Shown here: positions 43,101-57,123 of the stretch, one piece after another
Layout of the letters: every line of letters starts with the position of its first letter
How positions within the stretch are numbered: position 1 is the stretch's first letter
Assembly (NCBI GenBank): GCA_036172245.1
Contig: JAYWIR010000003.1
Location: 6,944,001-7,008,000 of the forward strand
From: Raillietiella orientalis
Lineage: Eukaryota
DNA: 64,000 nucleotides
Direction: 5' to 3'
Notes under the pieces: model-generated
Database searches by the model: none
What the model was told of the DNA's origin: nothing
The model's input: only the letters and a program-made list of their open reading frames with translations
Made by a program: the position numbers and the translations under genes

Positions 43101-46100
43101 GCGGGCGCCATGGGCCATCCGAGTGCTCCTCCTTCTCCAGAATTTCTCCATGTGACGTTTCCTGCCTCGCCCTCCCCCCCCCCACGCCGAACGACTTCCT
43201 CCTCAAAGAGTCAAGGAATGGTCCTGCGGCGGCAGCGAGTGACTCCTGACGCCGTCTCCGGGAGACAATGGCGCCTCTCTGGGACGCCCTCGTGTCCGGC
43301 GAGTGGAGTGCCCCCCTTCCCCTTCCCACCCTGACGGTTGCTGCGCGAGAGGGCGGCGCGAGACTCCACGTGCCAGAAAAGGAAGGATTTGCCGTCCTTG
43401 CTCGCCGGCCGGGTGGCGCCGCACTACCACCTCCGCCTCTTGAGCGGCGCTCGCCCAGCATCCGGACCCAGGCGTGGCGTGCGTGTGCTGCGGAATTGCC
43501 CGCCCCCGAAGCTTGAGCGCGCGTGAGCTGGCGACTTCGCCGATGGAGCGCTCTCTCGAGCTTCCTGTGCTGGCGCCTGTCCAGGGGGATGAAGTCGGGC
43601 GGAGGGTGCCGCGGAGATCTTCCGGACACGACCGACGGTCGGCTTCGCCAACGGGAGGGCGCTTCTTGGAGGGCGTTACCGGCCGCCTGCTTTCGCGCGT
43701 GCGCGAACGTGAGGAGAGCCCAGCCCGTCTCTACCAGAGGAAAAGAAAGATCGCCGCGAACCGCATCCAACGGTGGCCTCAGATGCCTTCTGTGTTGAAG
43801 ATAAGGCGCCAACATCGAGACTCATCCTGTGCCACAAGAAGAGAGAGTTGCAGGGCGCTGCACTCGTGGTCTCCGAATCATCCACTGGATCGACGCGAGT
43901 GAGTGGCTGCAAGCTGCAAGACTTTTCGCAAGCGAGAAGGCCTCCACTGGATCTCCTGGACCTCATCGCCGTGGGGGGGAAGCGCACTTTCCCCACGCTC
44001 TCTCTCCTCCCTGATTGTAGCCTTGGCATTGCTTTGGCGATCCGGTTTTGATCGGAAAAAAGGGGGTCACCGGGTGGAGGAACCCTGGAAAGAAATCGCG
44101 GTCGCTGAGCGCAAACAGGATGGAAAAGTGAAACGATCTGAGGAATGCAAAAAGTGCGCCACACCTCTTCAGAACCTACCCTTGCGGGTGGGTTCCCTCT
44201 TCATCTGAAGAGAACCCCAAAGGGGCCCCTCTGACATTCAGAAGGGCACTTTTTCTCCAGAGGGAGCGACAGGCTTCTCTGCAGTCTGGAGAGGTAACAT
44301 CTTGTCTTCCTACTGCCATCCAACAGTGGGGGAAGAAAGCAGAATGGATGAACCAAAAGTGGTCGGATGCTCTGTCTGCCAGTCCCAACCGCGCGTTCCT
44401 TCTCCCTCAGCTTTCCCTCCCTGCTTCCCTCTTCAAAGAGCTCAGCAAAGAAAAGCTCAGCCTCCCAAAACATAGCTGCGAGGCTCAAAGAAGTTCTTGT
44501 TCTTGCAGCCGTGTGAAGGTCAAATCTCCCTGCAGTGTGGGGGCTACACTGAGAGAACTGGTGTTCTCGAAATCCGGAGGAGGCAGAGTTTCTGAGGATG
44601 TGCGGTGAAAGAACATGGTTGTACTTTATCTGAAAGGTCATCCTGACACTCGTGGTGCGCGCACCAGGGCCATCCTTGCTTCGGATTTCCTTCATTCCCC
44701 CGCAGCAGCTGAATTCTCTTCAGAAACAAGGAACTTTCGAAAAAGACGATGCCGTGCGAGCCGTGGCGCCACTGGGTTCCGAAGACCGGTTTATCGGGAA
44801 AGCGGGACCGCCTTCCCAACAAACTGGTGGACACGGGTAACGGAAGATGTGCTTGTGCCGATTTTATGGGGGTCCGGTGGTCGCGGCCTCGGTCGCCACG
44901 ACGACGCTGCTGCGCAGGCTGCGTCGCTCGTCGTCGTCGCCGACGAAGCGCCCCGGATGAATAAAGTCCGGGGTTGCGTCCGGTTTGACCTCTACCAGTG
45001 CCGCGTGTACGCCGGAATGAGCCGACCAGCGTTGTCGGCGCAGGAGGAACTCGAACTCGTGGCGCTTGGCGGTGCACGCACGGGGGCAGCAACCACGCAG
45101 ACTGCTGAGATGAAATCCCAACGGGCGGGACGGCAGCGGCCACCCAGATGGATGGAAGCGCCGAATGAAGGTGGCTCTTAGCAGGAGCATCTTGTCAGGG
45201 CAGAATCTCGGGAGAGAGTGCGGGACATGCGTAGGTAAAAACGCCCAGGCAGCGCGGTGCCGTCCATCCTCAATGCCTCACAGATTGGGAGCACTGTATC
45301 CCGGAGATGATGAAGCATTCTATAGAAGGGAAAGAAGGAGATTATCTTGTGAGATGAGTATCTCGGAATCATCTCATGAAATGGATGAGTAGGATGCTTG
45401 AAAGGGTTCTCTGGGATTTAAAAAATGGTCCCGGAGGTCGTTTTGTTCCAGGTTCTCGATATGATATACGTTTGCAAGGACTGAAGCAAAGTAACAATTC
45501 GTGAGGGACAGCAGTCGTTCTTGAAGACTACAGTACTGCGCGCATGGGCTTCGGCAACTCAGAGGATGTTTGTCGAAGTCTCTCTTCGGAGCGGGGCTAG
45601 GAAGAGTGTCATGGCTTCTATGTTTTTCGCAAAAGCGAGGTCGCATGATCCGTAGTGGACATTGCTGAAAGTCTTGTGATGCTTTCCGTGAAGAGCAGTT
45701 TATCCTCTTCGAGGGTCTGTCGCTAAACGCATCATCTTTCTTCTTCCTGCTCGTCAGTGGACCTCAGGTTGAACCCAAACTCATTTTAGAGTTTCATGCA
45801 GACATCTGATGTGTGTTCAGGGCTTCGCACACAAAGTCCTTGGGAGGAGCGTTCGGAGTTCTTTGCGGAGGCCATCTGGTTCTCAAAGAAAGCCCCATGG
45901 CAACGGCAGCCATTTCACGGTGCTTCAGCCACCACGAAGCTGATCCACTAACCAATTGTTTGAGACCTACGTGATGAGGTATTAAGATCTTCCTGGCATT
46001 GATAGCGAAGTAAGTCCTCTCAGAAGGACGATCGTTCCTCAGCTCCCCGATCGCTCCACCCTTGCAGATCAGCTAGGAAGAAGAACGTGCTTTTTCACAG

Positions 46101-47269
46101 TTGTGTGCGCCGAAGAAAGGAACTCACCTTCACGCAGCTTCCTGAGTCTTCCTCTTAAACAGGAAGCGCGTCATCTTGAATTCTCATTGATGAGGATCAG
46201 GAAAGCAAGACACATGCCAGAAGAAGGACCTTTCTGGAATGGGATTATGCCTTTCTGAAAAGGCATAATCCCTTTGCTGAACGTGCACTGTCCAAGCTGA
46301 GAGAGTGGGTTCCTCTCTATTCGGTGGACTCTACGCCACGCTACGTTCAAAACCTTCGATCTGTAGAGTCTAGGCGCTCTCGGAAGAGTGGCAAAAAAGT
46401 GTAGGAGACGAGGGAGAGGCTGCGAGCTCGAAGCCCGGAAGTGCGAATGCACCCTAGCGAGCAACACACGCTCTTGGAGGGCCGACGTGGATAGATCAGG
46501 GAAAAGCAACAGAAGCTGTGGAAGGATGCCGCCTCCCCTGAAATTCCTTTCTGCAGACCTGGATCTTTTGAAGAAATGGCGGAGAAAGCAAAAAGACTGT
46601 GCCTTGTTGATGGCCGCTGCTGAAGCTGTGTGGTCGAATCGTCACCTCTTAGCGCTTCCGAGAGACAGCAGGAACCGCCAGGCTTGATCCAACAAAGCCG
46701 AGTCGTCTGGCGCCTTAAGGAGGAAGGCTACGGCGTCCCTCACAAACAGCTCACCCCCCTTCCTCACCTCAATAGCGGAATGCCCTGCCTCTCCCAGTTT
46801 CGAGCGCTCAAGCCCTAAGGCAGCAACGATGACGCTAAACAAGCAAAGCAGAAGCGGTGAGGAACGCGAAGGCACGTTCGGAATTGAGCAGTCGGTTCCT
46901 CCCCATTGAGAAGACTCCACGCTGCTTTGGGCCTCAGCGTCCTATTTTACCCATTTCTGATGAGCATTTTCTCTGTCGACAGCAATGTTGAATTGAAGAA
47001 AGCCTCGCTGATCACTCGGAGATTCGATTTTCTTTTGATATCCACTGCTGACTTTACTTAGGTTCAATTCTTTCGCTAAAGTGCCTCCTTTTATTGTCTT
47101 GATCTTGACCCAGAGATGTAGGTCCTCCTATTCATTCACCCATATTTTATTCAAGGTGTGCTTTGGGTTCAGCGTTCCTTTGTCGTTTTCTACAGATGGA
47201 TTTGCTGTGAGCACTGGAGGCAGCATTTGGGCTAGGGTTGCCCGGCCCTGAGGCCTTGGTCGCTAATTA

Positions 47270-49400
47270 TCTTGGATTCCGGTCCTTGCAGTTCGTGGAC
47301 GCACAGCGATATTGGCCGGTGGAGGGTTTCCGGGGTGCGGTGGAGCTCTGAAGCCGGAGTGAACATGGTGGGCAGCAGCAGAAGGTCGTCAGAAAAGCGC
47401 CAGTGGGACACGAGCTTGTCAGAGCTGCCAGGGCACCTCTGAGTGCCCTCAGCACCGGCTCAAAGTAGGTGCTGAAGGGAAAGGGGCTCAGGCCCAGTAG
47501 CAGGGATACTCCAGGCCGTCTCCCTGGCGTATCCCTGCTATGGCCGCGCAAGCCTGCTCCTTCCCGCTGAAAGAGACGCTGATCGACGCGCCGCGCCATA
47601 GGAGGCCGGGAGTACAAGCGTTCCAGGAGCTCCAGCGGAAATTCCTGGCCGACGCAATCGAACGCCTCGCACAAGTCGACTGCGACCGCGGGGGCTCCCG
47701 CTGGCTGTGGTGGCGGCGCTGGCGGGTTCGTTGCCCATGCGAGGGGTGCCACCCTGAATTTTCGGGATCGCCGTCCACGGACGGACAGGGGCACTGGAGG
47801 GAACGGCAAAGGAGCATCCCAAACATCCAGGGCTTGACCGATGAGGCAGCTTCTGCGTGCTGGGCGCACCCAGGTTGAGGTTTTTTCCCCCAACGGATTC
47901 CTCCCCGCTTCCTTGGGCGCCTTCTGGGGATTTCCCAGAGGCTGTCAGATGTCTGTCCACAGGATTTCTTTCCCCTTCGTGAACGTCGCCGAGCGCTCTG
48001 AATCCCATAGCGACGCCATTCGCCGACTCCTTTCTACCTCTGATCTTGCGAACTCGCGCAGGGAGGACGGCAGCGCATCCATGTGGTGGAAAATCCACAA
48101 GTCTCCCTCCGCTTTGCGAGGTGAAATTCCTCTTCTTGCGGACGCGACGTGTCCCAGCATGTCCGGGATCCGCTTCTTTGGCTGCTTGGCAACGAGAGCC
48201 TCTGTTTTCAAGGACGCCTCCTCTGTTTCGGAGATGCCGAAAATTCACGTGTCTGCGGTTCTGCTAATCGGGGCGATTTCTAGGGGTCGCAACAGGAGGT
48301 CCCTCTCTTTCGACTCCCCCTCTTCCCCCCTGCTCTCGGAGCGGCAGACGCTCGAGCAAAGCGCAAAGACAGGCAGCAGCAGGACCCATAAGAGCAAACC
48401 GTTTCCATGGCTGCGAGGCCATTCTCTCTGTAGACCTTGCCTTCCAGGTCCACAAGACAAATTGGCGCGGACCAACAACGTCTGCGAACTGGAGAGCCCG
48501 GAAGGAAACCGCGTGGTGTTTAGCTACGGGGAGCATCCCGTGGAGGTGAGTCGAGGTCCTTAGCTGACATGCCTCCTCTCTCTCGAACTCGGCTGAAGAT
48601 GAGTTGCGCGGCGACCGTCCTTCCTCTGCGAGTCAAGGACGCCTCTCCCGACGCGCCTTCCGTCTTCCTGCGTTTACGATCGCACGCGTGTTCATGCGCA
48701 CCTCGAGGCTGCGGATCGCAGCTGACCGGGAAGAAGACGGCGACCTTGAGGGGGCACAGCATCGCTGAGGCGAGCCCTAGCTGCTCGCTTGGTCGGTCGT
48801 TCTAGGACAGAAGGTCCGCGCCCCGCCCAGATGCCGACAGATCCCAGTATCTCCGATGGGCTGTCCCGAGGAGCTCTGAAACCTCGAGCTTCGGCCGCCC
48901 GGAGCGCATGGGGATCGGCAAAGCCAGTGCTCCCGGGCACTCGAAAATACACCTTCTGGTCTTCGTTCAGCTGTTCCGCGATCTCGACAGCAGCGACAGT
49001 GCAAAGGTCGAGGAGGCGCGGTCATGCGCCACAGGGTCTCAGGAGAGCTTCCCTTCGCCTGCACTTAGGTGGAGTGGAAGAAAGAAGTGGGCAGGGCAGA
49101 TTGGCTGCAGCACCGGGGAGAGACATTGCCGCCCTGCTCGGGAAACATCCGGGTTGCGCCCAAGGTGCACGTGTTTCTTGGTGATTCCCTCCTTAATAAC
49201 GGTGTGGGGAGGCGCGACCGAGCAGGGAACGTCCCCGAAGGTTGCCTTCTGGTCCTGAGGATGGAGGGAAGGGCATCGAGGTGGTGACGAAGATCGCTTG
49301 CGCGGTGATCTGCAGCACGGCTGGTTGAGTGGAGACAGTTTCCTCCCGAGAAATCAGACGTCACCTCCCTAACGAAACCTGGGTCCAGTCGCAAGGACCA
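47270..49400 (-). mobile_element. Degenerate L1/Tx1-like ORF2 including the RT core
   Basis: VAVDLCEAFDCVGQEF, GIRQGD, LSPFPFSTYFEPVLR. Confidence 0.75.
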
Positions 49401-50331
49401 GGTTTCCACTGCCTCAGGAGAGCACCGGTGCGCGTGCGGCAGCCACGTCGGGGAAACCCTTCTTCAGGTGGGGTTTTGGAGCCTCAACACCAGCCGCCCT
49501 TGCAACAAGCATGCATGCATCAGCATCAGCATCCAGTTCGTTCCTTTTTTTCCCTCTGTGATGCTCAGACTGATTTCTCGGTCTTGCCTAGAGCTGCTGC
49601 TGTCCCGGTCTTCGTCCGAGCTCCCAGACTTCCAGTTTCCGAGAAGCCGTCCAGATGCTACTTTGACCTCTCTCCCTTTCTTTCCGCAGAATGCGCTCAC
49701 ACCACTTTCTGACGTGTGCCCCTCCATCGAGTCCATCTTTCAGATATTTTCCTGTTGGGACACTGAGCGGTTTCCTCTCGAGTGGTTGCTCAAGAGCCGA
49801 TTCATCATCACTCATTCAGGAACGGTTTCTTTGACGCTCGTGCGAGTTTCCAGCGTGTTTCCTTTCTCTGTGTCGTCCGCAGGTGTTCCTTCGTGGCTCT
49901 CGACCGTCCGCGAGCCTTTCCGGCCACTGCGACTCTCATAAGCGTGGCCGCCTTTCTTCGGAGCCCCGGCAGCTTGGGTGAACTGCGTCCCCCCCTGCTG
50001 ATTTCGCGTGCGAGGAGGAGGAAAAGGGGGGGCGCAGGCAAGCAGGCGGCTTCCCCGTGCTGGAATCCCAATCTTCTTAGCTGTGGGTGTTCCAGCTTTG
50101 AGCGGAATGCATCAAGTTAATAGAATTTGCTACGCCCGGTCGACGCGGACGCTGAAGTCTCCATCGAAACCGCAGGTTGTTGATGCTAAGGATAACTACG
50201 GCGAGTAATTACTAACTAGAGAACCTTCACACTTGACTGCTGAAAACGGTTGCCTGTAAACGAGGAAGCAAAAATCAACGAAACTTCCGTCTCGTGCTGC
50301 TTCCGCTTCCTCAAGTACGAGAAGGGCTTCG

Positions 50332-50442
50332 GGTTTGACGCCACTATAGGTTGCTTCACTCAACGGCTATCCAGATATTATCAACCTTCTTTCCAATAAG
50401 GATAAAAAACTAGATGATATTAATATAGTATTGGTAGAATAG
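50332..50442 (+). pseudogene. Single degenerate ankyrin repeat
   Basis: GLTPL*VASLNGYPDIINLL matches GxTPLHxAxxxGxxxIVxLL; stop at the His position; AT-rich. Confidence 0.65.
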
Positions 50443-51228
50443 CAGCCGTTTTGGCTGGCGACAAAGTGCACTTATTGCATGCAGAGCTGTGTGTGCTCAT
50501 GCGAGAGGTGGACGTGTCAAGAATTTAAAGCTTTTTAAAGACCTCAGGGGCAAAAGTCAGTCACCTGGTGTGATCAGTTTAAAAATAGGAGAATGGGTTT
50601 CTTTGCATTAAGATGCAATTTGCTGGTTGGAAAGAATATTTCAGGAACTCCAATAGGTAATACGTTACGTCCATTCCAATGTTGAAGCTGACGAAGCTAC
50701 ATTCTGCGTCTTTCAATGGCCAACAAGGGTCAGCTTTTATCGTCTGAGGGAGGTCAGGCTGCAAAGTTATCTTGACAACAGCTAGCTGAGCAGCGATGAT
50801 GAGGTGTAACAAGTAGAAAGGATCAGATAAAACGGTCAGCAAAGCAGAAACACTCCTCAGCTTTGGCTTGCAGCTGCAAGAAATGGGGACGAGTTGCACA
50901 AAGGCGCTGTCAAACTAACGGCAATACCACGGAAGGTTGCCGCTAGCGGTCTTGGAGGGGTGGTTATTAGTGAGTTGTCCAGAAAGGTGTGCTTGTGAAT
51001 GCGAAGGGAGTCGCTGCTTTCTCCTCCCTTCGGCTTTCCTTCTCGGTGTTTCGAGTCCGACCTTGGCTACCCCTCCCCTTTCCAAGCACAAGATGAGCTT
51101 CGGAAGGCAACTCGTGCACTTCCAGCCACCACCATTTCCTGGAGCCTGTTGCCACGGAGGAGTTCGGATGAATCATCCGAACTCGCTAGGGTCTCGCCCT
51201 CGCTAAACTCGCGTTTTTACCGTTGCAG

Positions 51229-51388
51229 GGTCCGTCGTTGTTTCTAGAAGGAGACGTGGTCCTGGCTAGATGCAAGGAGACTGGCTTGCACCGCTTCGTC
51301 GGAAGCCACGAGCTCAGATGCGAGTTCGGACGTTGGTCAGGAGAAATACCGAGGTGCGAGGACACGAACATCCTGCACGGATTCTCAA
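51229..51388 (+). CDS. hig: Hikaru genki-like Sushi/Ig protein, internal exon (Sushi/CCP C-terminal half)
   Basis: GPSLFLEGDVVLARCKETGLHRFVGSHELRCEFGRWSGEIPRCEDTNILHGFS; TTGCAG acceptor, GTAAGT donor, ends in phase 1. Confidence 0.85.
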
Positions 51389-53299
51389 GTAAGTGGATCC
51401 ACTTGACGTTTGCTTCCGGAAGTCTGTACCGGGAAGAACCCCGAGCTCACGCCGTCTGGAAGAGACAGGCTGAATTCTCCAGCGATCATCTTTCAGGCTG
51501 GGGCAGAGTCGTCCGCTTTGTTCCTCCCTCCGCCCCGTCCCCCCTTTGTTTTCTACCCCGTTCCATCCTTTTGTGATGGTTCGCGGATGAGGTGCTGCTG
51601 GGATCTTCGCAGACGAATCGGAGTCTGCCGAGGGATTCCTGCTGCTGGCCCCGGTCCGATCAATAGCGAGCGCAGCTGGAAACATCTCCTTGCGGCCGTT
51701 TGTCTCTTAAGAGGATGGTTGCCAGGCGGGCTCTGCAGACGGATGCAGGTGTTGGTTTCGGCGGCTTCGCTCTTGGGTGCTGCTGAGCTGCACCGTCACT
51801 TGGATTTAGCAATGTCGCCACCAATAGACCGTTCCGGGAACCATCCTGGTTTTGTCAATGGAGGGTCGGATGCTGTGGATCCACGAAAGAAAGATCAGGA
51901 GAAAATTTCCAGATGAATGACGGTCTGTCTTCCTCGTCAAAGCGCGGCAAAGATCCGTGGTCTAGACAGGCATCCGAGGGTGAAAGGAGATCGGAACCAA
52001 ACAACGATCGCCCCTCGATTGCTTCAAGAACCGCCTTTTCCAGCCGTCGCTCGGAGTCTTTCGGAACGTGTGAGGACACGAATCTCAGAGGCGCGAATTG
52101 GCTCCAGGGAAGTCTTTTGCCATCCCATGGCAGCTCGCATTCACGACCATAACTCGACCTCAGCTTGATCTTCCATTGGAATTGCCCAGGGCTTGCTATG
52201 CAGTTCCCGAAACGGCGCTCGGGTGCCCTGTATTGCTAGATTTTGACGTTGAAAGAAGACGCGGCTAACCCGAAGAAAGTCCAGAGAACGAGGCCCGGAA
52301 GAGCATCTTCTGAGGTTCCCGGAAAAGGAGGGAACCCGGAAACGAGTGCTCTGAAATCTTTGGTGCCCAATTTCCAAATGTGCTCCTTCTAGAGTGCGGC
52401 CTGAAGTTCTCCTAACCACTACCGCTCGCCCCAGAAAATTCGAAGCACGTGGTTCTTCAGCTTCTCCAGCAGAGCGCCACGAGTCTCGCACACCATCTTA
52501 GGTCTGGGTGGTACCCTTCCGCTCTGCTCGCATACTTTCCGTTCTCGCAGGAGATTCGCTCGAGAACGTTCTGGAATTTTGCGGAAGCAAGAAAGCAAAA
52601 AAGGAAAAAAAAAAGCGATCTTATGAAGACCTGACCTTCACCTCCTCCTCTAGTACCGTATTGATCGCAAAGATGGGGAGATTCCCAATTCACGATGTGG
52701 CGGCGGCTAGTGCACTGTGCTTTGGCTGCGATGCTCTTTGGAGATAGATAATGAACGAAAGGAAGAGTAATGGAGAGGCACAAAAGCGAAGGGAGCAGCT
52801 CTCCCGGGTTCATTTACTACCTCGGAAAGATCCCATCGCTCCAGGAGGCTCCCGTTTCTTTTCCGCTCCCGTTCACAGGGACCGATCCCGTCGGGCTATT
52901 GCAGTCGGCATCCCTCATTCACCGACACTGTCCACTGTCCTCCGCCTCAAGTATAACCATCAGCAGCAAAGAGAGATGCCAAGTTGGTCTTCACCGCAGA
53001 CGAGCGTTGTACTTTCCACCGATGGCCAGGAAGATAAGCGAAGGAGGCAACAATTCTGAGGAGTCTGGGTACAGCAAGAAAGACCCAGCCGTTGTTTTCC
53101 GAGGTTTGGAGAAGACAGAGGTGACCAAGATGAGCTCAGAAGTGGGAATAATCTTCTTGAAAAGACTCTGCTGTCCAGGCACTCTGTTGCAGGGAGCTAC
53201 CTTTCCCCCCGAGGTCTCCAACCGGGTACGGAGCATCTCTTCCTCATATCGACATGCGAGGCACCAGGAGTCGTTCCATCTTGCAGCTTCCTTTCCTGC

Positions 53300-53750
53300 G
53301 AAAAGCGAGTTGCCTCCGGGTCGAGTCAGTCAGTCCTTTTCTTCTCTTCAACAGCCTGAATTTTCTGCCCTCCGGACTCTCTTCCCGATTCCCGGAGTCG
53401 CACGCTACAGCTGCACATTCTGAAACGGACTCTCGCGTCACCTCCGGTCTCTCCTTCTGACGAACGTGCTGTTGTGGCGGCGGAGCAGATCAGTTTTGCT
53501 AGAGAAACAGTCTGCTCCATTGTGGATGCGAAGGTGCATCTGTGAATTTCTTCCTTCTCGGCGCGTGTCCGAAGACGGGTTGGTTTCCCGACCAAAGGTC
53601 AGGGAGGAGTATAGGCGTCGTTCCTGAGGGACGGCTCGCGAGTGTTCCCTTCGTCTTGCATGCCCGTCGGTGAGATGAGGACTCCCCACGACTCAACTTT
53701 TCTGTGCACTGCCATTAGAGAGCGGGATGCCACGTCGGCAAATATCTCTT
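53300..53750 (-). mobile_element. Possible highly degenerate MULE/SWIM-type transposase remnant
   Basis: GVLIS...FGRE...VF...AE followed by MCSC; read across frames, weak. Confidence 0.25.
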
Positions 53751-54899
53751 CTCCCGTACCTCCAGTCTATCTGTCAGCGTTCTCCCTTCGTCTGCAAGAG
53801 CCCTCTCCGTGTGTCTTGGTGGTTTTCCAGCCTGACATTCTTTCGCAGTCTGCAAAGGTCCGCGTGTGTACTCTCGTTGCCAAGGCCGTGATCGATCACT
53901 TTACCTCATGCCTTCATCTTCCGCCTTCAGCGACCGCAGACGACGAGACTGAAGCCTCGCTCCGGTGCCCCGATGGCCGCATGCCCGATCCGACCTCTTC
54001 CCGTCCTTCCGCTAAGAGGACCGAGTGCCGTGAGTCCCCCGACAGGAAGCAGTTGTAGAGTCTGCTGAAGAGCTCTTTTTCCCTGCTGTCTTCGGTCCCG
54101 TGCACCCATCGTGGGCGGGGGATCCAGTTTGTTGACGAAACGCATCCCGTCTTCTTCCTGACTGGCATCGGTACCGTTGTTTTCGTTCGCTGCTACCAGC
54201 GCCGCCGCCGCATCCGAATAGAGGCCAACCAGCATCATCTTGCAGGAGAAAATCACACCCAAGACGCCCCCCCCCCCCATATCTCGGCATCGACTCTTAC
54301 CCGCTGACGCGTTTCCTGCATCAGACGCGCGATGCCTCCCGACTGGAATGCAGCGCACCCTAACGCTCCCGCGCCACCGATCCTTGCGGAAGGATGAGTG
54401 GGAAGGAGACTCCTGCCCGGAGCAACAGGAGGTCAAGACGTGTTCTGGACCCCGTGGCGGTCATCCAGATCGAGTGGTCGCGCCGGAAGGCGCTCGAAGA
54501 CAAGGCAAAGAAGCTGGCTGGTATTCCTCGTTCAACAACCGCTCTCGGACATTCGTGATCCTGAGAGGAAGGGAGAGGTTTCCTTCCCTTCCCCCCTCCC
54601 TCCCCCGCCACGGTGACCACCGGACTTATCAGAAGTTCCTTCGCGGCCTCGCGAGTCCTCTCTCCCTCCGCTTTCCTCCCGCGATGCTAAGAAAGTCTGC
54701 GCTTCCCCCCTTCTCCCCCTCCCCTCGTTCCCGCACTGCTGGATGCATGAATGGATGTTTCAAAACCATTCCTTATAACCATTTTCTTAGCGGTGTAACG
54801 AAGGAAAAGGAGCACTTGATTGGATAATTTCATCTTCCGTGAACACGGAAGCGGATTATCTGCGGAGGACTCGCTAGAAGACGAGAGGCACGCGGATCG

Positions 54900-56230
54900 A
54901 TTCATCGAGTGGGCTCTCCCGGCGTCAGAGGCAGGCTGGAGCGCGCGGGATACCATTCTCTTCGGAGCCGGAAGGCAGAGGAAGCCCCGGGCCGCTGCTA
55001 GTGCCCGCCGCTTCGAAAGCGGGAAGTTTCTCCGCGACTCCGCTTTACGGTTTCCCCGTAAATTCCCTACCGACCGGGATCGTCCGCGATCGCGTAGCCG
55101 AGGGCAACCGGGAGGGATGCTGCCGCCACACCTCGCCCGAACCGTGTCGATGCGGACACAGTCCACCGCAGGCAGCATCCCTCCCTGCGCATGTGGGTGT
55201 TCCCCTCCGAACGTGACATTCTCCACCCGTCTCGGGACCGCTGCCCGGCGGGGTTGCCAGATCTCAGGGCTCCCAGTGCCCCAGCCTGCTTAGCATGCCG
55301 GGACTCTCCCTATCACGGCTGGTCGAACGGGTGGACCATCAGATAAATCAGCCTACTACAGCCACGGTGCGGTCTCAGCTCGTGGGAGAACAGAGCTGCA
55401 CTCCGCACTCCCAGAACCTGGACGCCCTCGGCGGACAAAAAGGTCACGGCTTCACCAGGGGATGATCCCACCATTTCGACGTGCTTCCCACTCCCGGAGT
55501 CTTGGCGCAGCCGCAGAGTCTCTTGGAGTGTGGATGTGAGCGCAGAAGAGGTTTCCCTTGACTACCGCTCCTGGATGACCACCCGGTGCGCCATTCGCGC
55601 TCCCCCCGTCCACTTCAAACTGACTGACCGGAGAGGTCTATCGCTCCTGGGTCACGAGGAGTCGGGAGACGGGAAAGGAGAGCGCCCGTGCGCCGCTGCC
55701 GAATCCGGATGGCGCTCGGAGCGGCTTCTCAACGGGCATACCCGAAATTCCGCTCCCGTCCGAGCACCCCGCGGCCCGCGCCCGCGCATCCTTGGGGAAC
55801 TCCCCGAGAGTCCTTGCGAGGAGCGACTGCACCTTTCGGCGCGGCGTTTCCGGGATTCGAGTGGGATCCGTCCACACCGTGCGCTCTTGCGAACCCCCTC
55901 GCTTTGTGCGACCCAGACGACTCCGCCCGACCTCCGGGGAGCAGCCCCGTGACTCCTTATCGCGGAACTTCCTCTTCAGCCGCACAGGAGAGGAATTGCC
56001 ACCCGGTACGTCGCTTCCGCGGATGATGTTGGGCGGTAGAACTTCCACGCCCCCACCGCTGCAGAGGCCCGCGGTTTAGTGCGGGGCAGCATCCCTTCAA
56101 ACGTGACGTTTTCCTTCCGTCTCGCTGTTACTTCCCAGCGGGGTTGTCCGATCTCAGAGCTCCCAGTATCCAACCTGCTTAGTCAGGGCTTCCGGGGCTC
56201 CGCGAACCGGGCAGCGGCGTGGCTTCGCCA
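54900..56230 (+). mobile_element. Two related LINE RT fragments in the hig-like intron
   Basis: RRGCQISGL (~55250) and QRGCPISEL (~56140) resemble RQGCPLS; 55170-55290 is similar to 56085-56180. Confidence 0.6.
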
Positions 56231-56949
56231 CCCCGCGATCCCTCCGCTTTCCTGCACCTCGGTCCTCAGGGTCCGGTGACGCGCCTGCCCGCGTGTTCCT
56301 GCAAGAGGTCGCCACCGCCGGAAGATCATACGAACGTGCCTGGCGTTGGCGCGACCACGTGAGAGAGAGAGGCTCACTTCCCGACGCGGTCCTGACCAAT
56401 CCCTCGGGCGAAGGGGAGTCAGTCATGGCCGTGTCCGGTTTTCGCCACCGGTCTGCCCACTCCACCGTCTCGGCCGCCATTCCTCCCTCCCCGAAGGGCG
56501 CTCTCTCGGCAAAAGCGCCCAGGAAGGCCCTGGAAGCTTCCCTCTTACCCGGAGGAGACAAATGTGACCTTGCGAAGAGCCACATTGCCGCCGTTCGTCG
56601 TGCCAGCCGCACGTGGTGAAGCGTTCCTGCCGCTCCAAGGGATCAGAGGATTGCTCACTGATGGAGGAAAAGGTTTCGCCATCCCCCTTTCCCCTCGTGT
56701 TGCCGAGGGAGGGAGCTGCGCTGAAGGCAGCTGCAGGCCATCGGCCGCCAGAGCTTGATTTCGGCAGAGGCAGGACTCGGGAGGCGGGCAACCGGCAATG
56801 GCGTCGGCTCCCGGCTGACGTCAGCAGACCCCGGAGAAGCCCGGGGCCGAGACGTTCCGCTGCCATCGTGGCTGCTGTTAGGCAAGGCGACCGACTGCTG
56901 CTGCCTCCCACACCCCCGCCTTGCAGGAAGCATCACGTGACTCTTTCAG

Positions 56950-57123
56950 GGAACTTCCCTCCGGCGATCCAGATACGATCCGGGTCGGAAGGCTGGAGAG
57001 TCCTTCCCGGAGGGGAGATCCTGGTGCGCCTGGGGACCACTCTGCACCTCTCGTGCATCTATCTGAAAAGACACGGCGACCCCAGCTGGAGTTGGACCAA
57101 CGCTGACCGCGAGTACCCGACAG
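56950..57123 (+). CDS. hig: Hikaru genki-like exon (Ig domain N-terminal half)
   Basis: RNFPPAIQIRSGSEGWRVLPGGEILVRLGTTLHLSCIYLKRHGDPSWSWTNADREYPT; TTTCAG acceptor, GTACGT donor, phase 1/1. Confidence 0.88.

Noticed and set aside
44200..44700. Possible MULE-type transposase N-terminus (YNHVL...)
   Set aside because: Only a vague motif; no catalytic residues or terminal repeats seen
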